From: Candidatus Latescibacterota bacterium
GTDB lineage: Bacteria > Krumholzibacteriota > Krumholzibacteriia > WVZY01
Assembly: GCA_963791045.1 (NCBI GenBank)
Contig: CAWBQK010000010.1
Location: 32,001 to 96,000, forward strand
Direction: 5' to 3'
DNA length: 64,000 nucleotides
The notes beneath the pieces were generated by a model that was given only the letters and a program-made list of their open reading frames with translations, made no database searches and had not been told where the DNA came from. Position numbers and translations under genes: made by a program. The stretch's first letter is position 1; every line of letters starts with the position of its first letter. This document shows, one piece after another, positions 31,848-43,099 of the stretch.

Positions 31848-34168
31848 TTAATTACGCGGCAATTGCCACTCGTCGAACAGAATAATATCCATTGCCTGCT
31901 TCACTTGAGACGGAGTGAAATATACAGGATGGAACCCGAATACGGCGCTCCGCGCCGCGACACCGCCCGCATCCGGGACGCGTTCTTCGAAAACAGTTGT
32001 CCAGAAAGCGACCGGCGCGTCATAAATTGACTCGAATTGAGATCATTCAGACATCCGTTCGAATAAATCGGCATGAAACAATCCCGCAGCGGGATGTTTT
32101 CCGTGAAGTCCTGGCATGTACCCGTCGCGTCGCCGCCTTTGGGCACGTTATTGAAATAAGGCGGATTGTATATGTCACAGTTGATTCCACTACGGTCGGG
32201 AGAGTACCATTTGCCCGGCGCGGCAACTTCCGGACGCAAGTCCAATGTCGGAAATTCGTAGTCCACATCAACGGGCATGGCCATCCGCAGACCGTCGGTC
32301 CTCTGATTCTGCGTCCTCATGGTCGTCACCGGGCACCCCTGGATACCCGGACGACGGATAGACAGATTGGTACGAATATACCCGATATCGAGAACGTTTA
32401 AACAACATTCTTGATAGGCAAACGAGTCCTCACCGACACCACGCGTCCCGATGTTAGAATCCTCGTACCGTCCATCCTGATCCCCCTGCAATTCGTACCG
32501 GAAAATAATCGGGAACGACGGGGTGGCCGGCGCGAACGACGTACGGTTAATCGCCGCCGTCATTATCTGATTTCCGCACAACAGAACGTGACCGCCGGCG
32601 GCCATAAACAGTGAAACGATGTTCGGCGTCGTTTTCCCTCCGCCCGAAGGGATATCGGGATCAACAAACCTAAGGACATCATTGATAAGAGATGGCGTCG
32701 TCGAGTTGTGCGCGGCCGTGGCCACCCAAATCAACGACTTGTAATCAGCGAGCGCGTTGATCGGAAGTTCGTCTCCTACCTCCATCACGTCGACCGCCGG
32801 ATCGAACTGATCGACGTCGGCCAACATATCGTTCCAGAACGCGTCGTGTTCTACATCGCTGGGCAAACCACCCAAAGTCACGCCAAACCCGGCGCTGTTT
32901 TCTTCCCAGTCGTCCACGAGGAGCACGTTTTTTTGCATCGTAAACGGCACGACGTTCACCCTCACGCCAAGCCGCGACGAATAACCTGAATTGTCGATCA
33001 CTTCGACATGGAAGGTGTGGGAGTCGAACTCGAAGGTTCTCGCCGGGCTCTCGGCAGAGTTGTTGTCCGTCACGAACGGTGTAAAATCGATATCCCACTG
33101 TGACGGATCATTGAGGTCCTGGATATCCCAGCCGTACCGGTATCCGGAAACCACTCCGCCATAGCTCCTCGCATTCGCCCTGAATCGAAACGACATGGGA
33201 ACCCTGGCCGGGAGATCGATGATGGTAAGCGGTGCATTCGGGCTCGATGTCACCATCGTCCCGATAAATTTGTTAAACACAGTGAGAACCGGGCCGGTTG
33301 AGCGCTGAGACACGAGAAGCCGCCTGACATTCCGCGACTCGTCAAACACCGGGCTCACCGCCCCCGCTTCGTCCTTGACCTGAATACCAAACACATACGG
33401 GCCGAAATCGAGCGCAGGTGTCGTCCAGAATTTCCCCGAATCTCCCGGCGCCGAGTAAGACTTCCATGGATACCATTCCTCGGCGTCCGGAGTGTTCCGT
33501 ATGTATTCGATCGCCGCTCCCCAGCTCTCGCCAAACGGCTCGGTGCTAACAAGAATCCACCTCACCGAATCCGGATCCTGGGTCTCGCGAATATTGCTGA
33601 CGTAATCTCTCGCGACCCACTGAAAGGTTGAAATCGGCGGCACCTGGGCCGGCGTACTGCCCGATGTGGTAGGAACGAGGATATCGATCACCGGGGACAG
33701 CGTCCTCGCGGTAAAAGATCGATACGCCGGTTTGGCCGACGCCTTCCCCTCATTATCGACCGCGCGGATAAAGAACGTGTGGGAACGGATAAAATCGATG
33801 GGCTCAAGATTGAGAGGATCCACTTCATTGGAATCGGCCAATTCGTCCGCGGTGAAGGTAAACGACGAGTCGTTTCTCACCACCGCGTGCCACTTGTCGG
33901 CGCCGGTTGTATCCGCCGGATTGAAGATGCCGTTCACGTTATCCGCGACCGAGTACTCGTAATAGGAGATCTCGCCGTCGGGATCCCAGCCTCCCCAGTA
34001 CAGGTGGAGCGTATAATTGCTCTGAGTCCCCTCGGGCGGCGCGCTGGACAACCACACCGACGGAGGCTGATTTGCCTTGCCGGGGCCCTCCAGCTGATCC
34101 GAGGCACAACCGATTAGCGACGCGCCTAGAAGGAGCACAAAGACGACGTACAACATATTCCTGATCAT
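31848..34168 (-). CDS. Large hypothetical lipoprotein, paralog of 28049..30382 (one frameshift near 32030)
   Basis: ATG at 34168 after AGGAAAG, lipobox LIGC; colinear with 28049..30382. The paralog-matching C-terminus (IYDAPVAFWT...ILFDEWQLPRN*) is in another frame and ends at 31848. Confidence 0.75.
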
Positions 34169-34233
34169 GATGTCTTTCCTCGCTTGGTTATGCAAACCCG
34201 GGGTCGGGGTGGGGATCGCAAACCCAGAATCCG

Positions 34234-36111
34234 CTATCTCGTCACCTTTAAATAGAACCGCAATGTTTTGTGTTCGGTCCATCGGCCCAACTGTGAGGCC
34301 TGGTACGAATTCAGCTTCTCCTTTTCCCCGGCAACGAACATATACTGTTCGAACTCTTCCCGTCCGATATCTCGTCCGTAAATATCGAATTCATACTCTT
34401 TATTCCAGAACGCCGGCTGATTCGCCCATATGTTGGCCCCGCCCGGATCGGCGGCAAGGTCGTACCTGTAAATAACCTCATAGCGATCGGCGAGCACATT
34501 CGGGCTCGGTCCCTCAACCCAGGCCTTGGAACGGCCAAACTTCTGATTCACGCCGTCCAATGTCCGTGTGAAGAGGTAATACCAGTTCACCACACCGAAG
34601 TTCACGTTCTCCTTGGGATGATCGTGACCGGTCGCATTGATATCGAAATAATAGATCTTTTTGGCGTTCACCTTGCCGGTGCTGAAATCAATCTCCACGG
34701 TATCCGTGTTCGACGGATTCCACCAGTCCCAGACAAAGGTGTCCGCAGCCGTCGGCGCGACGACTCCATCGTAATTCATCAGATACGAATCGTCGAGTGT
34801 CGGATTGAAGTTTCCGACAATTTCGATTTCGGATTTTGGCAGACCGAACTCCGGTCCGGGGTTGGTCTCGAACATGTTGCCGTCGGCTTTGCCGTACTCA
34901 TCCACCGACCGCGCCCGAATCACATATTCGACACTGCCCATATTCATTGTCGTGGAATCGGGTGTCCCATCGGGGTTGTTGTCTTCCGGCGTATCGGGAA
35001 GCCAGCGGCTCCTGGAGCTGGCGCCGGGTATCCGCGCGGAGTCACGCTCGTACTGGAGCTGATAGCCGATACACTTATTGACATCATCGACACAGAGAGT
35101 GCTGTCCCGCCTGTCATCCCATCCCCTGTAGTCCAGTCTCAGCCAGCTTTTATAGGGAACGGTGTCCGGAGGACTTCCCGCATCGATATCGATAAACTCG
35201 CGGATCTCCTGGCTCGCGACAAAGTACGTATTCTCCAGCTGGTTGATCTCCGTATCCGGCTGGTAGTTGACCACGAGTTGAACCACACCGTCGGTAAAAC
35301 TTTTTACATCGGCACGGGACTCGGCGCTCGACTCATCTTTGCACTGTGTCACGAACCTGAAAACACCGCTCGGCACCGCATCATCGCCAACATTCGGGAA
35401 GTACCGAATCGTATCGGCGAGATCATCACTCCAGAGATCTTGTCCATCGACATTAACTGTCGCCGTCAGCGGGTAATACTTGTATGCGAGGATCAACCCG
35501 TTCGACGTTATCCCGCGATAGGACAACGAAAACGGTCTGAACATCCCAACCGTGTCGAGCACGGCGGGATCGTACGCACTCGTCAACGGCGGCGCGCCGG
35601 GATCATACGGATCAATATTTGTAATGGTCGTCGCGAAGACAACCCTCGGCAGTTCCCCTACCGTCGCGACAAACTCCACTGCCGCCGGAGTGGAATCGAT
35701 TACACCGTTGTCATCAATCGCGGCAATATGAAACGCCTGCCGGTTCTTCCTCAACCCAACACCCGCCACATTCTTGAAAGCCTCAAAGGCTATAACCGTA
35801 TCCGTTCTCGAAGTAATTCTTCCGGCTCGGTAATCGACCACTCGTTCGGCGGGACTCCATCTGAGATCGAGGTTCGCCTCGAGCGTGTCGGTGATGGTCC
35901 AGATGTACTGAGTGGCGGTGCCATCCATGTCAATCCCCCGCCAGTACAGGTGTACATTCCAATCATACTCCGTCGAATCGGGTGGCGCGTACCACAACTC
36001 CGTATCGGGAGAGCGGTTGGCGTCAACGAGCGACGGCTGGTTTCGCCGGCAGGAGAAAAGTATGACCGATAGGCACACTAATATCAGGAAAAAGGCCACT
36101 CTAAGCTTCAT
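34234..36111 (-). CDS. Large hypothetical lipoprotein, distantly related to the two downstream lipoproteins
   Basis: Lipobox LFSC; NRSPDTELWYAPPDS...VHLYWRGIDMDG...FHIAAIDDNG module; AGGAG RBS. Confidence 0.75.
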   Translation of the reverse strand: MKLRVAFFLILVCLSVILFSCRRNQPSLVDANRSPDTELWYAPPDSTEYDWNVHLYWRGIDMDGTATQYIWTITDTLEANLDLRWSPAERVVDYRAGRITSRTDTVIAFEAFKNVAGVGLRKNRQAFHIAAIDDNGVIDSTPAAVEFVATVGELPRVVFATTITNIDPYDPGAPPLTSAYDPAVLDTVGMFRPFSLSYRGITSNGLILAYKYYPLTATVNVDGQDLWSDDLADTIRYFPNVGDDAVPSGVFRFVTQCKDESSAESRADVKSFTDGVVQLVVNYQPDTEINQLENTYFVASQEIREFIDIDAGSPPDTVPYKSWLRLDYRGWDDRRDSTLCVDDVNKCIGYQLQYERDSARIPGASSRSRWLPDTPEDNNPDGTPDSTTMNMGSVEYVIRARSVDEYGKADGNMFETNPGPEFGLPKSEIEIVGNFNPTLDDSYLMNYDGVVAPTAADTFVWDWWNPSNTDTVEIDFSTGKVNAKKIYYFDINATGHDHPKENVNFGVVNWYYLFTRTLDGVNQKFGRSKAWVEGPSPNVLADRYEVIYRYDLAADPGGANIWANQPAFWNKEYEFDIYGRDIGREEFEQYMFVAGEKEKLNSYQASQLGRWTEHKTLRFYLKVTR

Positions 36112-36174
36112 GAAGCGAGTTCTCCTTTTAAGTGCTCTGTGGGGTTTGGTGGGGACTGATTACGAAGCGTTAGA

Positions 36175-36204
36175 AATATAAAGGATTTACCCGGATGGTG
36201 TCAA
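36175..36204 (-). promoter_or_regulatory. Sigma-70 type promoter for the lipoprotein cluster
   Basis: TTGACA-18 bp-TATATT on the minus strand. Confidence 0.55.
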
Positions 36205-36258
36205 TAGAAAAACTTGGCCGAGCGAGGCTCTAAAGCATGATAAAAAAAAAGGATACAT

Positions 36259-36295
36259 AAAACCAGGGCCGGCGCATGGCACCGGCCCTGATTTT
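36259..36295 (-). terminator. Rho-independent terminator after the 36318..39542 gene
   Basis: Minus strand CAGGGCCGGTGC-cat-GCGCCGGCCCTG followed by GTTTT. Confidence 0.7.
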
Positions 36296-36317
36296 CAAAC
36301 CACGATTCGGAGACTTC

Positions 36318-39300
36318 CTACTTCAGAAGAACCATCTTCTTCGTCTGTGTGAAGTTCTTCGTCATCAGTTTGTAGAAATACACACCACTCGAGACAGGCT
36401 GGCCCTGGTCGTTCATACCGTTCCAGTCTTTGGTGAAACCGGCTTCGGCCGGGGCGACTGCATCTCGTCGACGAGGTCCGTACCAGCTGTCCGGCAACGT
36501 TGTAAACCTTGAGCGACACATGACCACGCTCTTTAATGGTGTACTTGATCGTCGTTGTCGGGTTGAACGGGTTCGGATACGCATTGTCGAGTTTGTTCTC
36601 GAACGCGATCGGATCGATGCCGATTGGATCCGTCGAACGATGTTCTGGAAGAAAATAATGATGTCATGCATATGCGTCACGCGATCAGGGGCGCCACCGC
36701 AGGATCCGTCGTCGCGGATAAAGTTGAGCCAAACCCGCTGAGCACGCACACGCGCGTTGGTGCCTGCAGGGTTCACCGTCGGCCTGGGCCATCACAGCGC
36801 CATTCGGGCCGTCCTGGGCACCGTAGGAGCTATCGCATGAAACAGGCCGGGCCACCCGGTGGCGCATGACATCAAAGTCATTGATAACCGCACAGCCACC
36901 ATAGGCGAACATGGTCGGCAGGACCGATCGGCGTACCCGTGTTCTGGTAAACCAGAGGCGAAACCGGCAGGTTCGTCACCGGACCAGCGTGGTTGCCAGT
37001 CGTCAGGACGTACGACATGTACGTACCCTTGAAGGCTACCGCATCCGGATGCGCCAGGGTGGCCCACTCTTCGGCAAGGTCGTCACCGGCAAAGTAGATA
37101 CCCGGGTTGTTCGGATGGAAGTCCATGAAGAACTTCAACGCGGTCCAGTCAAGCGACTTGTCGGGGCCACTACCACCGTTGGGCGGGCTTCCGTCGCAGA
37201 CGAGGCCGGCAGCTCAGGTCACTCGAGTTCCAGAGAATCTTCTGATACCGCTCGACGAGCACTGATACCTTTGATAGCTCTTCACTCGGGAGGCCAGACT
37301 GTTCCCCACCTGTGAGGACGGTCCGATCACGTCGAAACGATCGACGAGGTCGAGGATCCCCATGGAGTCAAACGCCCAGTCGAAGTACAGCTGAGCAGGG
37401 CCGCCACGATCGTCGGCATCATCCACGAAGAGGATGTCACTGTCGGAGACTTCCGCATCCGGCAGAACCGACCACTCACACGCCGCGTTGTATCGCGGTG
37501 GCGAGGCTGGTGGTCGGGTCGGCGGCACCCTGGCCTTCCATCGTGTAGAGCGGATGGCCATTGTCAAGATAGCTCCACTGACCCAGTGCGTTCACGGCCC
37601 CGAGGAAGTAACGGATCACATGACCCGGCACGAAGGCACCGGTGTTGCCCGCAATTTCTTCGTATGTTATAGTGAGGACCGGTGGCGCCGAAGCTACATC
37701 CATGAGGTCGGCACAGTAGCGATCGCTCACCGGCCGCCACCCGAGGATGTAAAGATCGCGTCACACCGGAAGTGATTCCAGCCAGCAGGCAGTCCAGCGG
37801 GAGCGGAGGCGTTGCCAGCCGAACCACAATACGGATGACGCTTGGTGGCGCTAACGTCGCCAACATAGCGCATGAAGTCCGGGGACTCCATCGCCGCACC
37901 GGCTTCCACCCATGTCGTTGCCATAGCGATCGACCACTTTAGCGAACACATAAACCGCGGGCCCACGGCAAACTGGGGTATCAACACCCAGTCCGCCCGG
38001 ATCGGTTACTTCAAAAGCAATCGAGTCACCAGGAAGGATCGCCGGGTTGGCCGCCGGCAGCACGTCCTGTGCCATGTCGCAACGGGCAAATCCAGTGATG
38101 GTCACTCGCCATCTTCGGGGAAGTTGTCATGGAACAGATCAATATGACGAACATTCCACTGCGGTCCCAATGTGAATCAACACGAACAAGTCTGACCTGG
38201 TCGATCACCGGTGCATGGCTGTGACAGGCGCCTGTCCCATACACACCGCACCAGAAGGTACACATGTCCACGGCACCGATCGATGCCTGAACATCAGTCG
38301 CGGTACCCGGAACAAGACTTCCAACTTCCCACGCCGTGCGGATCCAGTCCTTCTGCCCACCGTAGTAGACAAAGTTGAAGTTATCCCACGTCGTCGGGCA
38401 ACCCGCTGCGTCCTGCGTACGAATGCTCCAGATGTAGAACTGGAGGTTATCGAGCGGCAGGTCACGGTAGGTAAGAAGCGACAGACGATACTGGCTACCA
38501 GCTCCGGCGTTCGCCACAAATGGCGACCAGATCTCGTTGTTCATGTACAGCCCACTGGCATCCGGGCCATACGGCATCGCGCCCTGTGTCGGCCAGCCGC
38601 CACAGGCGTAATTTGTAACCGAGAGGAACGTCAAAAAACGCCCACATGGTCGACAACGGCCGCAGACAGGGATCTTCCTGAACGACAGTCGCCGCGGAAA
38701 CCAGATGTCCATAGAGGCCGTAACGGCGTGGCCGGCTCGGACTGCCAGAAACCATCCTGGGAATTCAACAGCGTAACAGGCTTCCCCTTCAAAGTCCTCG
38801 TAAATGTCGGGCCGGCGCCATAGGTTGTCGTGATGTCGTCAACTTTGAACGCGCCTTCTGTCGTCGGCCAAAGGCCGTCTTCATTACTCCAGGCTCCATC
38901 CGACTGGAAGTGGAAGCGGAGCTGCTGTTGGTTCGATCCTGTGAACGATGTGGGTCTCTGACAGGTCCACCGGTGCCATCATAGAAGCCTACACCACCGT
39001 TGACCGGAAGCGAGACCCACTCCGTCGACTATGTCCCAGTAATCCACATAGGTGAAGTCATAACCCGGCTCGGAATCCCAGATACACGTATACGTGATCG
39101 AGGGCATGAGAACCGGTTGATCAGCTGCGCCCAGTTATTACCATAGCCTGGCAGCGTCCCCCAACCGCAGTACGGTACCGCGGAGGTACGCCCAGCTCGC
39201 CACACCACATCGACTGGGACCGTTGACAGCGCTATGCCGCTACATCCCGGACCATCAACATGGAAGTAAGCCGATCTGGGCGGTCATATCGGTTGCGGTC

Positions 39301-39542
39301 CAACCCTGAAATCAGGTGCGCCGACGCCGCTGTCAAACTGCCACCAACCCAACACGGTGGTTCCGGCAGCGGCGGCCTGGAACATTGATCCACCGATTTC
39401 CGAAGGGTTCGAAACCGCTTGCGGAAGCTCGGTGAAATTATAATCAGCATATTTACCCTGCGTGTCCTTCGCGAACGAAGCCGCCGAAAGGAGGCTAACC
39501 GCGAAAACGGTACACAAAAGTTACTAGAAACGCTTTCCTCAT
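36318..39542 (-). pseudogene. Large secreted protein (~1,070 aa) with FlgD-Ig/T9SS-like CTD, broken by many frameshifts (assembly error or true pseudogene)
   Basis: Start MRKAFLVT plus signal peptide. Fragments across frames: WDSEPGYDFTYVD, LRFHFQSDGAWSNEDG, DILFVDDADDRGG, and the CTD YPNPFNPTT / SLKVYNVAGQLV / WNGMNDQGQPVSSGVYFYKL...KKMVLLK. Confidence 0.7.
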
Positions 39543-39893
39543 CGTATCATTCCCCCATCGTTGCTGAGAAGGATTTGAATACGCGAAAACCAAAGCCAAT
39601 TTATAACTTCCTCAGGCTGCAGGAAGTAAGCTGGACAAGAGGCAAAGTGCTACGAACGCTTCCTGAATAGTGTTCGTCAACACGTCCTGAAACTACGGGG
39701 TCACCTCCTCGTCTCGGCGTCTCAGGATAAGCCCAGTGGTAACCGTCGGGTTTACACTAACTTTGTCGAGTAAAAGGCACACACCAACGGTGGTCGGCTA
39801 GTTGTGCACGCAATTGAGCATGCGGATCCAACTATCAGGAGGATTTGCGGCCGGTGCCGCAAACCATAACCCTTTGCCCCTAGGCCAGCGCAA

Positions 39894-39923
39894 ATTGTAC
39901 CATAGAAATGGGGTAAATGTCAA
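39894..39923 (-). promoter_or_regulatory. Strong sigma-70 type promoter, ~345 nt upstream of the 39542 start
   Basis: TTGACA-18 bp-TACAAT with TG extension on the minus strand. Confidence 0.65.
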
Positions 39924-39953
39924 GGTGTGAAAACGGTTCCCGGCGGTCTATAG

Positions 39954-42127
39954 TTACTTGGAAGGGCTGGTCATTTCTTCAACAATGAAGGAAAAATCTG
40001 CATATCTCGAAAACAAGATAAAAACCGCCGCCAGAAACGCGTGCCGGCTTTCCCGCAGCCGTTTGTCGTCGCAGTTGACGAGGACCTTGTCGAAATAGGC
40101 ATCGATCGTCGGTCCCAACTCGGATAACACCGCTAAAACAGAGGAGATATCATCCGCGGCGTCGAATTTGGCCATCCGCGGGACCACACGTCGGATTTCC
40201 TCGAAAAGGGCGGTCTCGGCGTCCTCCTCGAAGCGGTCTGCGTCGATCACGGCGCCGCCGGGGAGCGAACCGCCGCCCACCCAGGCGTTCTCGAGCGCGT
40301 CCCATTTGACGCCATAGGCCTTCATATCCTTGCCCAAAATGTTCCCCACCCGCTTTGCGCCGGTTATCAATAGCTCGAAGGCTTTGTCGCCGCGGAGCTT
40401 CTGGACGGCCCTGGCCCTGTCGAGCGCGATTCCCGGGGTCGACCACGCAACGGCGCCCACGGCGCCCACCACATCATAGGCAATCCCGTTGTCCTTGAGG
40501 AACGTCTCCGTCCGAACCCGGAAAAAGTCGATCAGCTGGGCGAGAACTTCGTCGCGGGCCTTGTCCTTACCAAGCCCCAATTCCTCGTAGGCCTCGAGCG
40601 ATTTCTCGACAAGCGGATAGATCGACACCGACGGCATGTTTCTCAAAATTCGGACCAGACCCGTCGCCTGGCGCCTGAGCGCGTAGGGGTCCTGGGAACC
40701 CGAGGGAATCAACCCCGCCAGGAAACACCCGGCGATAGTATCGACACGGTCGGAAATACTCAGTATCGCACCGAGACGCGTTTTGGGAAGGTCATCCCCG
40801 GGCGTCCGCGGCATATACTGCTCGCTGATCGCGGTCACGACATCGTTGTCCTGCCCCGCTTCCCTCGCGTAATGGCTTCCGATGAGGCCTTCGAGCTGAG
40901 TGAATTCCTTGCCGTCCTTCACCATCTCGCTCGCAATATCGGCCTTGGCGAAACGCGACGCACGGCGAATCTGATCCTCGGCTACACGCTTGTCAGGCGG
41001 CGCCATATCGTTTATCGCGCGTCCAAGCGCCGTCACCCGTTCGGCCTTGTCGGACAATGTGCCCAACCCCTCGATAAACACGATCGACGAAAGTTTTTTC
41101 GAAAGCCCGTCGATCCCCGTCTTGAGATCCTCCTGCCAGTAGAAGAGAGCGTCTTCGAGCCGTGCCCGCAGCACCTTTTCGTTGCCCTCGCGGACGAGCG
41201 AGGGCGAGCCCGCCTTACGCTCGGTGAACGTGAGGAATTTCGGAACGAGCTTATTGGAGCCCGATCTGAATGCGAGGTAACGCTGGTGCGCTTTCATCGC
41301 CGTCGTCACCACTTCGGGCGGAAGCTTGAGGTACGCCTTATCGAAATCACCAACAAGCGGGTCAGGCGATTCGAGCATAAAGGTAAGTTCGTCGAGGAGC
41401 GAAGCGTCTTCGATGATCTCCATACCGAGCGTCTTCGCCGTCTTCGCCGCAAGCGCCTGGATCTTGTCGCGCCGCTCGGCATGATCGACAATAAGACCGG
41501 CGCCGGCGAGCGCGGCAAAGTAATCGTCGGGACCGTTAACTTTGTACTTGTCGTTTCCCAGCCAGGGGATAAACCGCGTCACACTGCCCGTCTTTACGCC
41601 GGCGATCTCGAAACGGATCACTTTGCCGCCGTAGAGACAAACCATCCAGCGAATCGGGCGCGCGAACCGCGTCCCCGACGCTTCCCACTTCATGAGTTTC
41701 GGGAAACGCAACCCCGTGATCAACCGGGGAGGAGTTCCTTGAGTATCCCCGCGGTCTTTTCTGATTTCAACTTCCTTGTAAACCCGACATATTCGCCGCG
41801 GTCGGTCTGAATGCGCTCCAGCTTGTCGACGGCCACTCCCTGCGAGCGGGAGAAACCGAGCGCCGTTTTTGTAGGCTCGCCGTTCTCATCGTACGCCTTG
41901 GATGTGGGCGGCCCGGTGACGAGTTCGGTCGAGCTTGTCTGCGATCCGGCAAGCCCGCGGACTACGAGAACGAGACGCCGCGGAGCGCCGGTGACATAGA
42001 TGCTCTCGAACGGAAGCCGCAGTTCGTCAAGCTTCGCCCCGGTGTCTTTTCCAAGTTGTTCAAACGCCTGGCGGATCGACGCCGGCGGAAGGTTTTCACA
42101 ACCGATTTCCAGAAGCAGGTCTTTCAT
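39954..42127 (-). CDS. glyS: Glycine--tRNA ligase beta subunit (single frameshift at ~41720, likely sequencing error)
   Basis: N-terminal [11 protein letters not shown]...PRRL (41720..42127) continues into FPKLMKW...[30 protein letters not shown] (39954..41723). Confidence 0.93.
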
Positions 42128-43032
42128 GCGTTGTCGGCTCCTCGAAGCAATGGGAATCCCAGCGCTTCTCGCTTTTCGATGTAGTTGATAGCTATTTTTC
42201 TGGCAAGCCCGCGGATGCGCCCTATGTAACCGGTTCTCTCCGTAACGCTGATCGCTCCGCGCGCATCGAGCACGTTGAAGATGTGCGATAGTTTTATCAC
42301 GTAGTCGTACGCGGGAAGAACCAGGCCCGCATCGAGCATTGCCGCCGCCTCTTTCTCGTAGTCCTGGTACAAGCGGAAATAGAGCTCGGTGTTCGCCGCT
42401 TCGAAATGGAACGCCGAAAACTCCTGTTCCGCCTGGAGGTTGATTTCACCCCAGCTCACACCGTGGCCCCACTCGATATCCATCACCGAGTCGACCTTCT
42501 GCAGGTAGAGACAGATGCGGAGTAGACCGTAGGTGATCTCCGCCGAAATCGGGTCGAGTTCGAGCGAACCGGCCTGCTGAAAATAAGTGAATTGCGTGAT
42601 CTCCATCCCGTCGAGCCACACTTCCCAGCCGAGGCCGGACGCGCCGAGTGTCGGCGCTTCCCAGTCGTCCTCGACGAGACGAATGTCGTGTTGTTTGGAA
42701 TCGATCCCGATGTGTTCGAGGCTCTTGATGTACAAATCAATGATGTCCGCGGGAGGCGGTTTGAGAATTACCTGGTACTGCAAGAACTGTTGAACGCGGT
42801 TCGGATTGTCTCCGTAGCGGCCGTCCTTGGGCCGCTTCGACGGCTCGACGTACGCGGTTCGCCACGGTTCCGGCCCGAGCACGCGCAAAAACGTCTGCGG
42901 GTTGAGCGTGCCGGCGCCCACCTCGGAGTTGTAGGGCTGGAGCGTCACGCACCCTTGCTTCATCCAGAATTCCTGGAGCTTGTGGATAATCTCCTGATAA
43001 GTCGGTACTTTTTTGGTTTTTTTTGAAGCCAA
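42124..43032 (-). CDS. glyQ: Glycine--tRNA ligase alpha subunit
   Basis: [47 protein letters not shown]; probable TTG start at 43032. Confidence 0.96.
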   Translation of the reverse strand: MASKKTKKVPTYQEIIHKLQEFWMKQGCVTLQPYNSEVGAGTLNPQTFLRVLGPEPWRTAYVEPSKRPKDGRYGDNPNRVQQFLQYQVILKPPPADIIDLYIKSLEHIGIDSKQHDIRLVEDDWEAPTLGASGLGWEVWLDGMEITQFTYFQQAGSLELDPISAEITYGLLRICLYLQKVDSVMDIEWGHGVSWGEINLQAEQEFSAFHFEAANTELYFRLYQDYEKEAAAMLDAGLVLPAYDYVIKLSHIFNVLDARGAISVTERTGYIGRIRGLARKIAINYIEKREALGFPLLRGADNA

Positions 43033-43099
43033 CGGAAGCGCCACTCCTTTTAGATGTCGGACGGTCGGCTCTTGCAACCGCCGTTCGTCCCTTTTCCTT

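Noticed and set aside
34618-36072. 484-aa plus-strand ORF (and similar long antisense ORFs 1608..2966, 12941..14182, 45965..46954, 54113..55483)
   Set aside because: Each fully overlaps a well-supported minus-strand gene and has no recognisable domain.
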